Positions 47,743 to 58,135 of a DNA stretch of 64,000 bases are shown here, piece by piece. Each line of letters begins with the position of its first letter. The stretch's first letter is position 1. The notes under the pieces are model-generated. The model ran no database searches, had not been told where the DNA came from, and saw only the letters and a list, made by a program, of their open reading frames with translations. Source of the DNA: an uncultured Acidobacteriota bacterium (GTDB taxonomy: Bacteria > Acidobacteriota > JAQAZP01); assembly GCA_963836075.1 (NCBI GenBank), contig CAWIIB010000009.1, forward strand, positions 1,504,001-1,568,000. The letters are read 5' to 3'. Made by a program: the position numbers and the translations under genes.

Positions 47743-48028
47743 TCTTCTCGGCGGTTTCCTCCACCGCCTCCTCGATCCCATCCGCCACCTCTCCGGCGCC
47801 CTCGGCGATCTCTTCGCCCACTTCCACGGCGTCCTCCTTCAACTCCTCAGCCGCCTCGGCCGTCTCTTTGCCAATCTCCTTGGCCGTTTCCTTGGTCGAA
47901 TCCACGGCCTGGTCCACCTTCTCGCCGGCCGATTCCATGAAGCCCTGCTCTTCTGTATTGGAGCAGCCCATGGAGACGCCAATAATCAGAGCCAGACAGA
48001 GCACCGCCAGCAGTGATTTGATCCACAT
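47732..48028 (-). CDS. Small acidic helical lipoprotein (YtxH/LEA-like)
   Basis: Lipobox SMGC; E/A/K-rich repeats; AAGGAG RBS. Confidence 0.7.
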   Translation of the reverse strand: MWIKSLLAVLCLALIIGVSMGCSNTEEQGFMESAGEKVDQAVDSTKETAKEIGKETAEAAEELKEDAVEVGEEIAEGAGEVADGIEEAVEETAEKIKD

Positions 48029-48135
48029 CTTTCATTCTCCTTATTGATTGCGGGATATGAAGTGATATCCCAGCCGGCATTATACTTGTCTCTTGTGATT
48101 GTCTTCCATCGGGGCCTGAAAGAACCGAGCAGTGA

Positions 48136-48378
48136 TCAGGCCTTTTTCACCAGGCCCACCACGAAGAGCAGCACAACGGCGCCCACCACAGCGGTGACCA
48201 GCGAGCCGATCATCCCGCCGGCGGCCATGCCGAACAGGCTGAAGAGGTAGCCGCCGATCATGGCGCCCACAACTCCCACCACCACGTTGCCCAGGAGGCC
48301 GAACCCGCGGCCCTTCATGATCTGTCCGGCGAGCCAGCCGGCCACGGCGCCAAGAAGCAGGAACCAGATGAATTGCAT
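48136..48378 (-). CDS. GlsB/YeaQ/YmgE family (transglycosylase-associated) membrane protein
   Basis: LLGAVAGWLAG.IM.G.GFG..GN.VVGVVGA.IGG; AAGGAG RBS. Confidence 0.9.
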   Translation of the reverse strand: MQFIWFLLLGAVAGWLAGQIMKGRGFGLLGNVVVGVVGAMIGGYLFSLFGMAAGGMIGSLVTAVVGAVVLLFVVGLVKKA

Positions 48379-48518
48379 TTGAGAACTCCTTTTACTGGAG
48401 AAATGATTATCGGACGGTGATTTCACCAGATTAGACCATATCCGGGCGGGAAAGTCACACGGGCGCACCGCAGCGGCATCCTTCCGGATGTCCGCCCTGA
48501 GATTTGGTGCGATGGGTT

Positions 48519-49856
48519 TTACCGGGGATAGAGCCGGCCAGCGGCCAGGTTGGCGCCGAAGGCGTCGTCGGTTGTGCCGACAAAGGCGTTGATCTGGCCC
48601 CGGTAATTGACGGTGCCTGTGGCCAGGCTGAACCAGCGGATCGCCCCGGGGTAGTTGGGGCTGGGCCCCGGAGCGGTGATCACCTCTTCGAAGCAGTCGT
48701 TGTCCACGTCAGCGGCGGCCACCTTGACGCCAAAGTGAGGCGTGGGGAAGGCCCGGAACGAGAGGCCGGGAAGGGGAATGCTGCCGCCGTCAACGTCGAA
48801 GATACGCACTTCGGCATTGCAGTTGAGCGCCGGCCCGGCGCCGGTGATAATCTCGTCGTACCCGTCACCGTCCACGTCGCCGGCGGCCACGTTGACCCCC
48901 CTGGTGTCGGCGCCATAGGCCATGAAATCGAGGCCGGGGACCGGTTTGATAGTGCCGCCCTCGAGGGTGAAGACTCGGACCCGGGCACAGAGCACGAGGC
49001 CCGGGCCGCAGCCGGTGATGATCTCGTCGCGGCCGTCACCGTCCAGGTCGCCGCAGGCCACGTTGACCCCGTATCCCTGATCCCCGGGGAAGGCCAGAAA
49101 ACCCAGGTCGTTGACCGAGTTGAAGCTTCCGCCGGCATAGCTGAAGATTTTCACCCCCGGTTTATACTGGTGGCCCGGGCCGCAGCCGGCGATGATCTCA
49201 TCCACCCCGTCGCCGTTCAGGTCACCGCAGCAGACCGACGCCCCGAAGTGGTTGTAGGAGAAGGCCAGGAAGGAACCGTTGTCCACCGGGCTCCCGTGGG
49301 CATGAAAGACCCTGATCTCGGGGCCGTGGCTGCCGGGTCCCGGGGAAACCACGATCTGGTCGGTGCCCGTGCCCAGTACGTCGCCACAGGCCAGCTGGAG
49401 CCCGCGTGTCTGATTGATGCCGCCAAAGGTCGTGAAGCTGCACATTTCGGGGGCCAGGTCCTCGAAGGCAAAGAGCCGGGCCGTGTCGGAGTTGAACAGG
49501 CCAGGGCCCGGCCCGGCGGCCAGTCGGGGCCGTTGCGGCGTGACCATCGGGCTGGTGTTGCCATATTGATCCACGGACTGGACGGCGAAGTAGTATGTGG
49601 TCTCCGCCTCACAGGGCACATCGATCACCACGCTCTCCCCGTCGTCAACAAAGTGGCGGTCCCCCTCGTCGAACGAGCCGGGAACGGTGGAGACGTAGAC
49701 GTAGTAGTCGAGGGAGCCAGGAGGAACAGTGGAAGGAGCGTTCCAGCTGACCAGGAACGAGGAGGCCTGGGCAGGTCCGGACATGAGAAGCACCGTTGAC
49801 ATGAGGACCAGTACGAGAACAAGCACCGTGAATCTGTGGGTCTGGAGGAACTGCAT
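48519..49856 (-). CDS. Secreted protein: FN3-like domain plus C-terminal GPGPG/FG-GAP propeller
   Basis: Signal peptide; VSW.AP..YYVY..TYYFAVQSVD.YGN.S (FN3); five GV.VA.GD.DGDG.DEII.G.GP repeats. Confidence 0.85.
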   Translation of the reverse strand: MQFLQTHRFTVLVLVLVLMSTVLLMSGPAQASSFLVSWNAPSTVPPGSLDYYVYVSTVPGSFDEGDRHFVDDGESVVIDVPCEAETTYYFAVQSVDQYGNTSPMVTPQRPRLAAGPGPGLFNSDTARLFAFEDLAPEMCSFTTFGGINQTRGLQLACGDVLGTGTDQIVVSPGPGSHGPEIRVFHAHGSPVDNGSFLAFSYNHFGASVCCGDLNGDGVDEIIAGCGPGHQYKPGVKIFSYAGGSFNSVNDLGFLAFPGDQGYGVNVACGDLDGDGRDEIITGCGPGLVLCARVRVFTLEGGTIKPVPGLDFMAYGADTRGVNVAAGDVDGDGYDEIITGAGPALNCNAEVRIFDVDGGSIPLPGLSFRAFPTPHFGVKVAAADVDNDCFEEVITAPGPSPNYPGAIRWFSLATGTVNYRGQINAFVGTTDDAFGANLAAGRLYPR

Positions 49857-49984
49857 TTCTCTCTCCCCGCGGTGTCATTAACCTCCCCCTGTGCCGGGTG
49901 AACCGGGCTGCTGCCCGCTGGCGTTGGCAAACGACATCGAACTGAATTGTTATAATACTTCTCAACAATAACACCCATATCTAT

Positions 49985-50000
49985 GGCAATAGTCGTGCCA
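49985..50000 (-). promoter_or_regulatory. Sigma54 (-24/-12) promoter
   Basis: Minus strand TGGCAC-GACTA-TTGC, exact consensus spacing, ~130 nt upstream of the gene at 49856. Confidence 0.7.
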
Positions 50001-50199
50001 GATTCCCTCCTGTTGCTCACGGTATTTTCTCCTTCTATTGCCTCACTTGGATGCATTGCCATGTTGCGACAACCAATTACCCGCGCGGGGTTACCATTCG
50101 CGTCACGTTGAATTACGATATTGAAATATTCATCCCGGTTTCCGTGCCCGTGGTATAGGATGAACTGCCTCGCTCACAAGCAGGGTGTAAGGAGGGACA

Positions 50200-51009
50200 A
50201 TGACCGATACGACCGCAGGCACATCGTTACCAAAGGCCATACTCATCGACCTCGACGGGACGCTCTATGTCGGCAAAGTCCCGATCCCCGGGACGCAGGA
50301 GGCGGTCCAGTCTCTGCGCCGGGCAGGGATTCCTCTCCGGGTGCTGACCAACACCACCCGGAAATCGAGGCGGAACCTGGCCCGCAGGCTGGAGGGGATG
50401 GGGTTCCAGTTCCAAAACGAAGAGATCTATAGTGCACCATCCGCTGCTGCACGCTGGCTCCAATCCCGGGGCCTGAACCGGGTGATGCCGCTGATCGGCC
50501 GAGAGGCCTGGGAGGACCTGGAGAGGCTGACCATCGTGCCGCCTGAGGACGGGGCCGGACCGGTGGATGCTGTGCTGGTGGGCGACCTGGCCCATGACCT
50601 CAGCTTCGACCTGCTCAACCGGGCGTTCCTCGCCCTCGATGCCGGTGCCGAGCTGGTGGCCTGCCAGAAGAACCGTTACTGGCTCAGCCCCCGGGGCCTG
50701 TTGATGGATGCCGGTCCCATTGTCGTGGCCCTGGAATACGCCTCGGGGAAGGACGCCACGGTGGTGGGCAAGCCCTCGGCCGAGTTCTTCCACCAGGTCT
50801 TCCAGACGCCGGACGGGGACAGGTCAAATGTCTGGATGGTGGGTGACGACCTGGCTGCCGACGTTGGCGGCGCCCAGGCCGCCGGCCTCAAGGGCATACT
50901 GGTGAAGACCGGCAAGTTCCGCGAAAAGGACATCGCCCCCGACGCCCCCACCCCCGACCTGGCCCTCGACTCCTTTGCCGACCTGCCGGCCGCGCTGGGG
51001 CTGCCCTAG
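50200..51009 (+). CDS. HAD-superfamily IIA hydrolase (HDHD2/LHPP-like)
   Basis: DLDGTL, LTNTT, ALEYA, GKPS, MVGDD...DV.GA, KTGK. Confidence 0.9.
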   Translation: MTDTTAGTSLPKAILIDLDGTLYVGKVPIPGTQEAVQSLRRAGIPLRVLTNTTRKSRRNLARRLEGMGFQFQNEEIYSAPSAAARWLQSRGLNRVMPLIGREAWEDLERLTIVPPEDGAGPVDAVLVGDLAHDLSFDLLNRAFLALDAGAELVACQKNRYWLSPRGLLMDAGPIVVALEYASGKDATVVGKPSAEFFHQVFQTPDGDRSNVWMVGDDLAADVGGAQAAGLKGILVKTGKFREKDIAPDAPTPDLALDSFADLPAALGLP

Positions 51010-51016
51010 ACTTACC

Positions 51017-53027
51017 CTACGGCTTGATGCCTGTCACCACACTGGCATCCAGATCGGTATCCCCCGACGGCGGATAGGGCGGTTGGTTAAAGGGCGCCGG
51101 AGTCACGTCCTCGGCCTCCAGGGAGAAGATGTTTTTCCCCACCAGCGACAGCGCCAGCGGGATATTCTGGTTCCAGCTGGTGGTGTAGAACGACCCGGCA
51201 GTGATGTTGGCGTAGCCCCGCCTCCAGTTGGTCACCGACGTGCCGTTGGCCAGGGCTATATTGATCCTCGCCGCCATCCGGCGGGTCAGTCCGGAATAGG
51301 TGTTGGCCAGCCTCACCGTCATCTGGGTGGTGAAGGGCAGGGTGCCGGAGGAGGGTGAGCAGGTCAGGCTGACGGAGATGGTTCCCGTCGTATTGAGCAG
51401 CACCGAGACAACGCCATTGGTAATATTCGCCGTGGCCAGGTCGAGGTGACCGTCCAGGTCCAGGTCGTCGATGAGCACCGATTCCGGTCCGCCTCCCACG
51501 CCGTAGCTCTCCATCACCGGGAACGTGCCGTCCCCCTCCCCGTAGAGCACGGTGACGCCGAGACCGCCCTGGCACGGAACGGCTGTAGTCGACCCGGGGC
51601 AGGAAAGTGCCGTCGCCCAGGCCGAAGAATACCGATACGCCGTGGATGTATCTGTTCACTACGGCCAGATCCGTGTTGCCGTCACCATCGAGATCTTCAA
51701 GGGCCGCGGCCATTCCCGTTGAACCGATGGTGTCGTCGATGGCGATAACCGGTTGATACGTTCCATCCCCGTTGCCCATCAGCAGGGAGAGATAGCCGAT
51801 ATACGAAGCGGCCACCACCAGGTCCGGGGCTCCGTCCCCATCGAGGTCGCCGCTGGTCACGAATCTGGCGTAGCTCCTGGCGCCGAAATCCGACGCTGCC
51901 GGGTACGAGCCGTCGCCGCGGTTCAGGAATACCGAGACATTGTGACTCAGGTTGTTCGCCGTGGTGATGTCGAGAGAGCCGTCATTGCCCAGGTCATCGA
52001 GCTCGAGGGTGATCGGGCTGTTCCCGGCCACATATCTAACCGGCGTCTGGAAGGTGCCGTCACTGTTGCCGAAGTGCAGCGAGATGCTGTCCCAGTCGTC
52101 ATTGGCGGCGGCCATGTCCGGGGTGCCGTCCTGGTCCAGATCACCGATGGCCACCGACATGATGCCGCCCTCGTTGGCGACGGTGTAAGGGGCCTGGAAG
52201 GTTCCGTCGCCGTTGCCTGGCAGCACGGCGATATCCCCGGTGGCGGCAATGGCCAGGGCCAGGTCCTGCAGGCCGTCGCCGGTCAGGTCACCGATGGCAA
52301 CGTCCTTGACCACCGTGAAACCGCCGAAGGTCACCGGCATCTGGAACGTGCCGTTGCCGTTGGCCATCATCACGGAGATGGTATTGGCCTGGGAGTTGCC
52401 CACCACCATGTCCGGGTGGCCGTCATCGTTCAAATCACCGATGGCCAGTGAATCCGGAAGATCATCCACCGGATAGTGCAGACCGCCCTGGAAGGTGCCG
52501 TCACCGTTGCCCAGTCGCACCGTGACCGTGTCGGCGTACGCGTTGACCACCACCAGGTCCAGGTTGCCGTCACTGTCCAGGTGATGGAGGGCGATGGCGG
52601 AGGGGTAGTCACCGGCGGCGATCTCCACCGGATCGGAGAAGGTTCCGTCGCCATTGCCCATGAAGACCCAGGCGCTGTCGCTGTCACCCACCGCTACGGC
52701 CAGGTCGGCATTGCCGTCGTTGTCCACGTCACCGATGGCTGCGCCCGTGGGGTAGTCCCCGATGCCGAGCTCCTGTCGCTGGCCGAACTCACCACTCCCG
52801 GTGCCTGTCAGGATGAAGAGGTGGTGATCGTTGTAATTGGCCGACACCGCTGCCAGGTCGGGAATCCCGTCGTTGTCCAGGTCGCCCACGGCGTGTGACT
52901 GGACGTAGTTGCCCACCCGGTAGTTTCGCCGGGATTCGAACGTTGCGGCGCTCACCGTTGCCGACAGGATCAGACCGCATGAAACAAGGGCGATGAGGAA
53001 TGGCAATGAACAGGCGCGGGCTTTCAT
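51017..53027 (-). pseudogene. FG-GAP repeat protein A with shared C-terminal domain; ~0.5 kb internal deletion causes a frameshift
   Basis: Nine repeats in ORF 53027-51087. At ~51584 the frame switches (...VDY|AVPCQ...) to the last repeat plus CTD (ORF ending 51017). 2011 bp versus ~2505 bp for paralogues. Confidence 0.75.
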
Positions 53028-55529
53028 GGTTTTATCCCGGTCAGCACACTGGCGTCCGCGCCGATGTCACCCGACGGCGGATAGGGCGGCTGGTTGAACG
53101 GCGCCGGAGTCACGTCTTCGGCTTCCAGTCTGAAGATGTTGTTCCCCACCATGGACAAGGCCAGCGGGATGTTCTGGTTCCAGTTGGTCGAATAGGACGA
53201 CCCGGCCGCGATGTTGGCATAGCCCCGCCGCCAGTTGGTTACTGCCGTGCCGTTGGCCAGGGTGATATTGATCTGGGCCGCCACCCGGCGAGTCTGGCCG
53301 GAGTAGCGGTTTTCCAAAGATACCGATATCTGGGTGGTGAAAGGCAGGGTGCCCGAGGAGGGCGAGCAGGTCAGGTTGGCGGATATCGTTCCGCTGCGGT
53401 TCAGCAGAACCGAAACGTCGTCACCGTGATAGTTCGGGGTCACCAGGTCTGTCTTGCCGTCTCCGTTCAGGTCGGCCACAGCCAGCGACCAGGGCCGTAC
53501 GCCGACTCCGAAATGCACGGCCGGATCGAAGGTGCCGTCCCCCACTCCCGGCAGTACCCGAGACGTTTGCACTGAACTGGTTGACCACCGCCAGGTCGGG
53601 CGAGCCGTCGTCGTCCAGGTCACTGATGGCCACCGCCTCAGGGTGTCTGCCGGTGGGGTAGTCGACGGCAGAGCCGAAGGTGCCGTCCCCGTTCCCCGGC
53701 AGCACCGACACATCATAGCTGTTCGCGTTGACCACGGCCAGGTCGGCCGTGCCGTTGCCATCCAGGTCGCCGGCGGCGATGAAGACCGGGTCCCAGGCCG
53801 CCAGCGGGAACTGGACAGCGGTGGCAAAGGTCCCGTCGCCGTTGCCGAGCAATACGGATATGTCGCCGGACTCATAGTTGGCCGCAGCCAGGTCCGGGAC
53901 CTCGTCGCCATTGTAGTCGTCCACCGCCACCGCCCGGGGATCGGTTCCGGCACCATACGCCACCATGGCGCCAAATGTGCCGTCACCGTTCCCGATGAAG
54001 ATGGAGAGTTCATTGCTTCCAGAGTTGGCCGTGATCAGGTCGGGAATACCGTCCTGGTCGAGATCATCGATGGTGACATGTTGTGGTCCACCGACCACCG
54101 CATAGTCAACGGCGGCCTGAAAGCTGCCGTTTCCCATGGACAGAAGTACCGAGATGGTCTGGTCCCCGCCATTGGCTGCCACCAGATCGTGATTTCCGTC
54201 ACCATCCAGGTCGCCGGCGGCAACCGAATTCGGATGTTCGCCAACATCGTGGAATGTGGCCGCCTGGAAGGTGCCGTCCCCGTTTCCCAGGAGAACGGAG
54301 AGGTTGTCGTCGAGGCTGTTGGCCACGGCCAGGTCCTGAATCCCGTCGCTGTTCAGGTCACCCACGGCCACCGAGAACGGTTCTTCACCCGTTTCATACC
54401 TTGACTCGACCGGAAAGGTGCCGTCCCCGCTGTTGAAGATCACTGATACAAGAAGCCCCCCCCAGTTGCCCACCGCCAGGTCGGGATCACCGTCCCCGTC
54501 CAAATCATCGATGGCCGCACACCTCGGCGAGGAGCCGGCCAGATACTCCGCGGCCGTGGCAAATGTGCCGTCCCCGTTCCCCGGGAAAACAACGACGCTT
54601 TCGCTGCCAGAGCTGGTCACCACCAGGTCTCTGGAATCGTCACCGTTCAGGTCAACGATAGCGATTGAAGTCGGGGCTGTCATGGATCCGAAGATAAACG
54701 CGGTCGCCCCGAAGGTGCCGTCACCGTTGCCCGGGAGGATGGACAGGGAATCGCCGAGGAAGTTCACCACGGCGAGGTCCAGATGGCCATCGCCATCGAG
54801 GTCGCTGGCGGCGGCATCGTATGGCCTGTCGCCCACCACATAGTCCACCATCGCTCCGAAGGTCCCGTCACCGATGCCGGGGAGGACCGAAACCTTGCCG
54901 TTGTCCTGATTCACCACCACCAGGTCGGGAACAGTATCACCATTCAGGTCCTCGGTGAGCACGTCCACGGGGGCAGGACCAACGGGAACGTTCATCGCCG
55001 TGGAGAAGGTGCCGTCCCCCACGCCCAGGAACACCGACAGATCGTCCGAATAGCTGTTCCCGGTAACCATGTCCGGATGACCGTCGCCGTTCAGGTCGTC
55101 CACGGCCATTGCCACGGGAACGGAGCCCGCGGCGTAGGTCACGGCATCGGCGAATGTCCCGTCCCCGTTGCCCAGGAACACCGAAGCGGTATCGGTCCAC
55201 CCGCTGGCCACAGCCAGGTCCGGCACCTTGTCGTGGTTCAGGTCGGCGATGACCACGTCTTCGGGAGCATTGCCGGCCGTGTAGTAGACGGCGGGCTGGA
55301 AATAGCCGCCGCCCGTTCCCAGCAGGACGGCGATACAGTCGTTTGGTGGAATCACCGTCACCAGATCGCGAATGCCGTCACCATCCAGGTCGCCCGCCAC
55401 CACCGCGCTGGCCCCGCCGTTCAGCAGGAAATCGAGCCGGGCCTCGAACAGTTGAGCGCTCACTGTCGCTGTAAACATGACGGAAAGCAGGAGCGAGACG
55501 ATGATGAACAGGACATTACGTTTTTTCAC
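53024..55529 (-). pseudogene. FG-GAP repeat protein B (14 repeats plus CTD); +1 frameshift, real or sequencing error
   Basis: GTG start with GAGGAG RBS. Extra G in TCGGGTA (plus strand ccc, 53557-53559); removing it restores NVSVLPGVGDGTF. Length 2506 = 3n+1. Confidence 0.75.
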
Positions 55530-55564
55530 GGCGACTCCTCGAATCAATGAATATCGATGTGGAC

Positions 55565-58078
55565 CTACGGTTTTATCCCGGTCAGCACATCGGCATTCAC
55601 GCTGGTGTCCCCCGACGCCGGGTAGGGCGGCTGGTTGAATGGCGCCGGGGTGACGTCTTCGGCTTCCAGGGTGAAGAAGTTGCCCCCCACCAGTGACAGG
55701 GACAGTGGGAGGTTCTGGTTCCAGCTGGTCGTGTAGGACGATCCCACTGCGATGTTGGCGTAGCCCCGCCGCCAGTTGGTGACCGAGGTGCCATTGGCCA
55801 GGGCGATGTTGATCTGTGCCGCCACCCGCCGGGTCTGCCCGCCATACATGTTTCGCAGCTCCACCGTCATCTGGGTGGTGAAGGGCAGGGTACCCGAGGA
55901 GGGCGAGCAGCTCAGGTCGGTAGAAATCGTGCCTCTGGTGTTAAAAAGAATGGAAACGTCGTGGCTGTCGAAGTTGCCCACGGCCAGGTCGGGTTTGCCG
56001 TCCTCGTTCCAGTCGGCGACGGCGATGGTTCTGGGGTCGGCGCCGGCGCCAAACGTGATGACATCCTTGAATGAGCCGTCCCCGATGCCCCGGTAGATGG
56101 AGACGAGGCTGTCGGTGCCGTTGGCCACTGCCAGGTCGGGGTGGCTGTCACCGTCCAGGTCTTCGATGAGAATCGAGCGGGGCTCCATGGCGGAATCGTA
56201 AGTCACCCCCGTGCCGAACGTGCCGTCCCCGTTGCCGATGAACACCGATACGGCCCATAACAGGCCAATTGCCACCTGGTTCGACACGGCCATGTCGGGA
56301 ACACCGTCATGGTTCAGGTCCTCGATGGCGATGCCATTGGGGACATTGAATGCGCCGTAGGTCGCCGGCCACTGAAAGGTGCCGTCCCCGTTGTTCAGCT
56401 GAACCGAAACATCCCACTGTCCCGAGGTTGCAACAATGTCCTGGTCGCCATCACCATCCAGGTCCTCAAGAGCGACGAATCTGGACCATGCTCCAAGGCC
56501 GATGGAAGTGGCCGGCTGGAAGGTGCCGTCCCCGTTGCCGCGGAAAAACACCAGCGTGTCAAGCTGGTATTTGACCACGACCAGGTCTGTGGCACCGTCA
56601 TTATCCATGTCGGCGAGGGCGAGACCCTGGGGATAGGTTTCGATGGGGTAGTCCACCGCGGCCATATACGTGCCGTCGCCGTTGTTCAGCAGAATTGAAA
56701 CGTCAAAGCTGTATTCATTACCCATGGCCAGGTCCGGGGCTCCATCCCCGTTTAAATCGGCGGCGGCGAGATATGCCGGCCCATCGCCCACCGCATAGGT
56801 CACCCCTGGTTGGAAAGTGCCGTCTCCGTTGCCCCGCAGGGTCAGGATCTGATCATCCTGGTAGATTCCCAGTGCCAGGTCCTGGTGTCCGTCCCCGTCC
56901 AGGTCAAGGGCGGTTACGGACGTTGGAAAATCTCCCACTGCAATGTTCAGGGGAGACTGAAATGAGCCATTCCCCTTGCCCAGCAGTACCGAGGTTGTAT
57001 CAGACCACCGGTTGGCCGTGGCCAGGTCCAGGTTGCCGTCTCCGTTAAAATCATCGATTCCGATGGAACGGGGCTCATTGCCAACACTGAAATTTTCGGC
57101 GGCCTGGAATGTTCCGTCACCGTTGTTCAGCAACACCGAGATGTCATCACTGCCGACATTGACCGAGATCAGGTCCGGGTGACCGTTGTTGTCCAGGTCT
57201 CCAGTGGCCATCTCGATGGGATAATCGCCGGCCGCGAAGGCGGTCGGGCTACCGAAGGTGCCGTCCCCCATACCCCAGAGAACTGAGACGGTGGCGACAG
57301 TGACGTTAGCCACGGTAAGGTCCAGCACCCCGTCATCGTCCAGGTCGTCGAGAGCCACGCTGATCGGGTGTTCGCCGGCGGCGAACGCGGTCCCGGCTCC
57401 GAAGGTGCCGTCTCCAGCACCGAGAAAAACCGAGACGGTGGTGCCGCCATCGTAGCCAATGACCAGGTCGATGTTTCCGTCACCGTCCAGGTCACCGGCG
57501 GCCAGGGACCAGGGATCGTTGCCCACGGCGTAACTCACTCCCGGTTGAAAGGTGCAGTCACCATTGCCCTGTAGAATGTAAAACTCTTCCGGAGATTCAT
57601 CGATGGAGGCCAGGTCGGGGATCCCGTCGTTGTCGAAGTCGCTGATAACGGTATAGAGAGGCTGGCTACTCACGGTCGCTTCGATGGGGGCCTGGAATGT
57701 CCCGTCCCCGTTGCCCGGGAAGACCGCGATATCGTGGTCATAGGAGCCAGTCACCACCAGGTCGAGAATGCCGTCGTTGTCCAGATCCCCCAGGGTACTG
57801 GACCAGGGGCCGTTCCCCACCGGGAACAGGGTTGAATTGCCGAAGGTGCCGTTACCGTTGCCCAGCAGGATGGCAACTGCCCCGTCAGCCTCCGCCGTCC
57901 CGACCAGGTCCGGACGGCCGTCCCCGTTCAGATCACCGGTGACGACGGATGCCGGGTTCCAGCCGATGGGATAGTCGACTCGTGTGTCGAATATCGTCGC
58001 TTGCGCGGTCGTTACCGGAAGGAGAAGGCAAGCGGCAGCTAAGATCGTGATCATCGCACTTTTGAATGTTTTACTCAT
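55565..58078 (-). CDS. FG-GAP repeat protein C (14 repeats plus CTD), intact
   Basis: Signal peptide, 14 DLxxDGxxDL repeats, CTD ending TGIKP. Confidence 0.9.
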   Translation of the reverse strand: MSKTFKSAMITILAAACLLLPVTTAQATIFDTRVDYPIGWNPASVVTGDLNGDGRPDLVGTAEADGAVAILLGNGNGTFGNSTLFPVGNGPWSSTLGDLDNDGILDLVVTGSYDHDIAVFPGNGDGTFQAPIEATVSSQPLYTVISDFDNDGIPDLASIDESPEEFYILQGNGDCTFQPGVSYAVGNDPWSLAAGDLDGDGNIDLVIGYDGGTTVSVFLGAGDGTFGAGTAFAAGEHPISVALDDLDDDGVLDLTVANVTVATVSVLWGMGDGTFGSPTAFAAGDYPIEMATGDLDNNGHPDLISVNVGSDDISVLLNNGDGTFQAAENFSVGNEPRSIGIDDFNGDGNLDLATANRWSDTTSVLLGKGNGSFQSPLNIAVGDFPTSVTALDLDGDGHQDLALGIYQDDQILTLRGNGDGTFQPGVTYAVGDGPAYLAAADLNGDGAPDLAMGNEYSFDVSILLNNGDGTYMAAVDYPIETYPQGLALADMDNDGATDLVVVKYQLDTLVFFRGNGDGTFQPATSIGLGAWSRFVALEDLDGDGDQDIVATSGQWDVSVQLNNGDGTFQWPATYGAFNVPNGIAIEDLNHDGVPDMAVSNQVAIGLLWAVSVFIGNGDGTFGTGVTYDSAMEPRSILIEDLDGDSHPDLAVANGTDSLVSIYRGIGDGSFKDVITFGAGADPRTIAVADWNEDGKPDLAVGNFDSHDVSILFNTRGTISTDLSCSPSSGTLPFTTQMTVELRNMYGGQTRRVAAQINIALANGTSVTNWRRGYANIAVGSSYTTSWNQNLPLSLSLVGGNFFTLEAEDVTPAPFNQPPYPASGDTSVNADVLTGIKP

Positions 58079-58135
58079 CGTTGCTCCAGTGATGATTCCT
58101 GATGATGGCAAATTACGTATTTCAACAAACATACC

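Noticed and set aside
51017-51382. CTD as T9SS CTD, PEP-CTERM, LPXTG or autotransporter barrel
   Set aside because: It lacks YPNP/G.Y..K motifs, has no TM helix plus basic tail, has no terminal aromatic residue, and is too short for a barrel.
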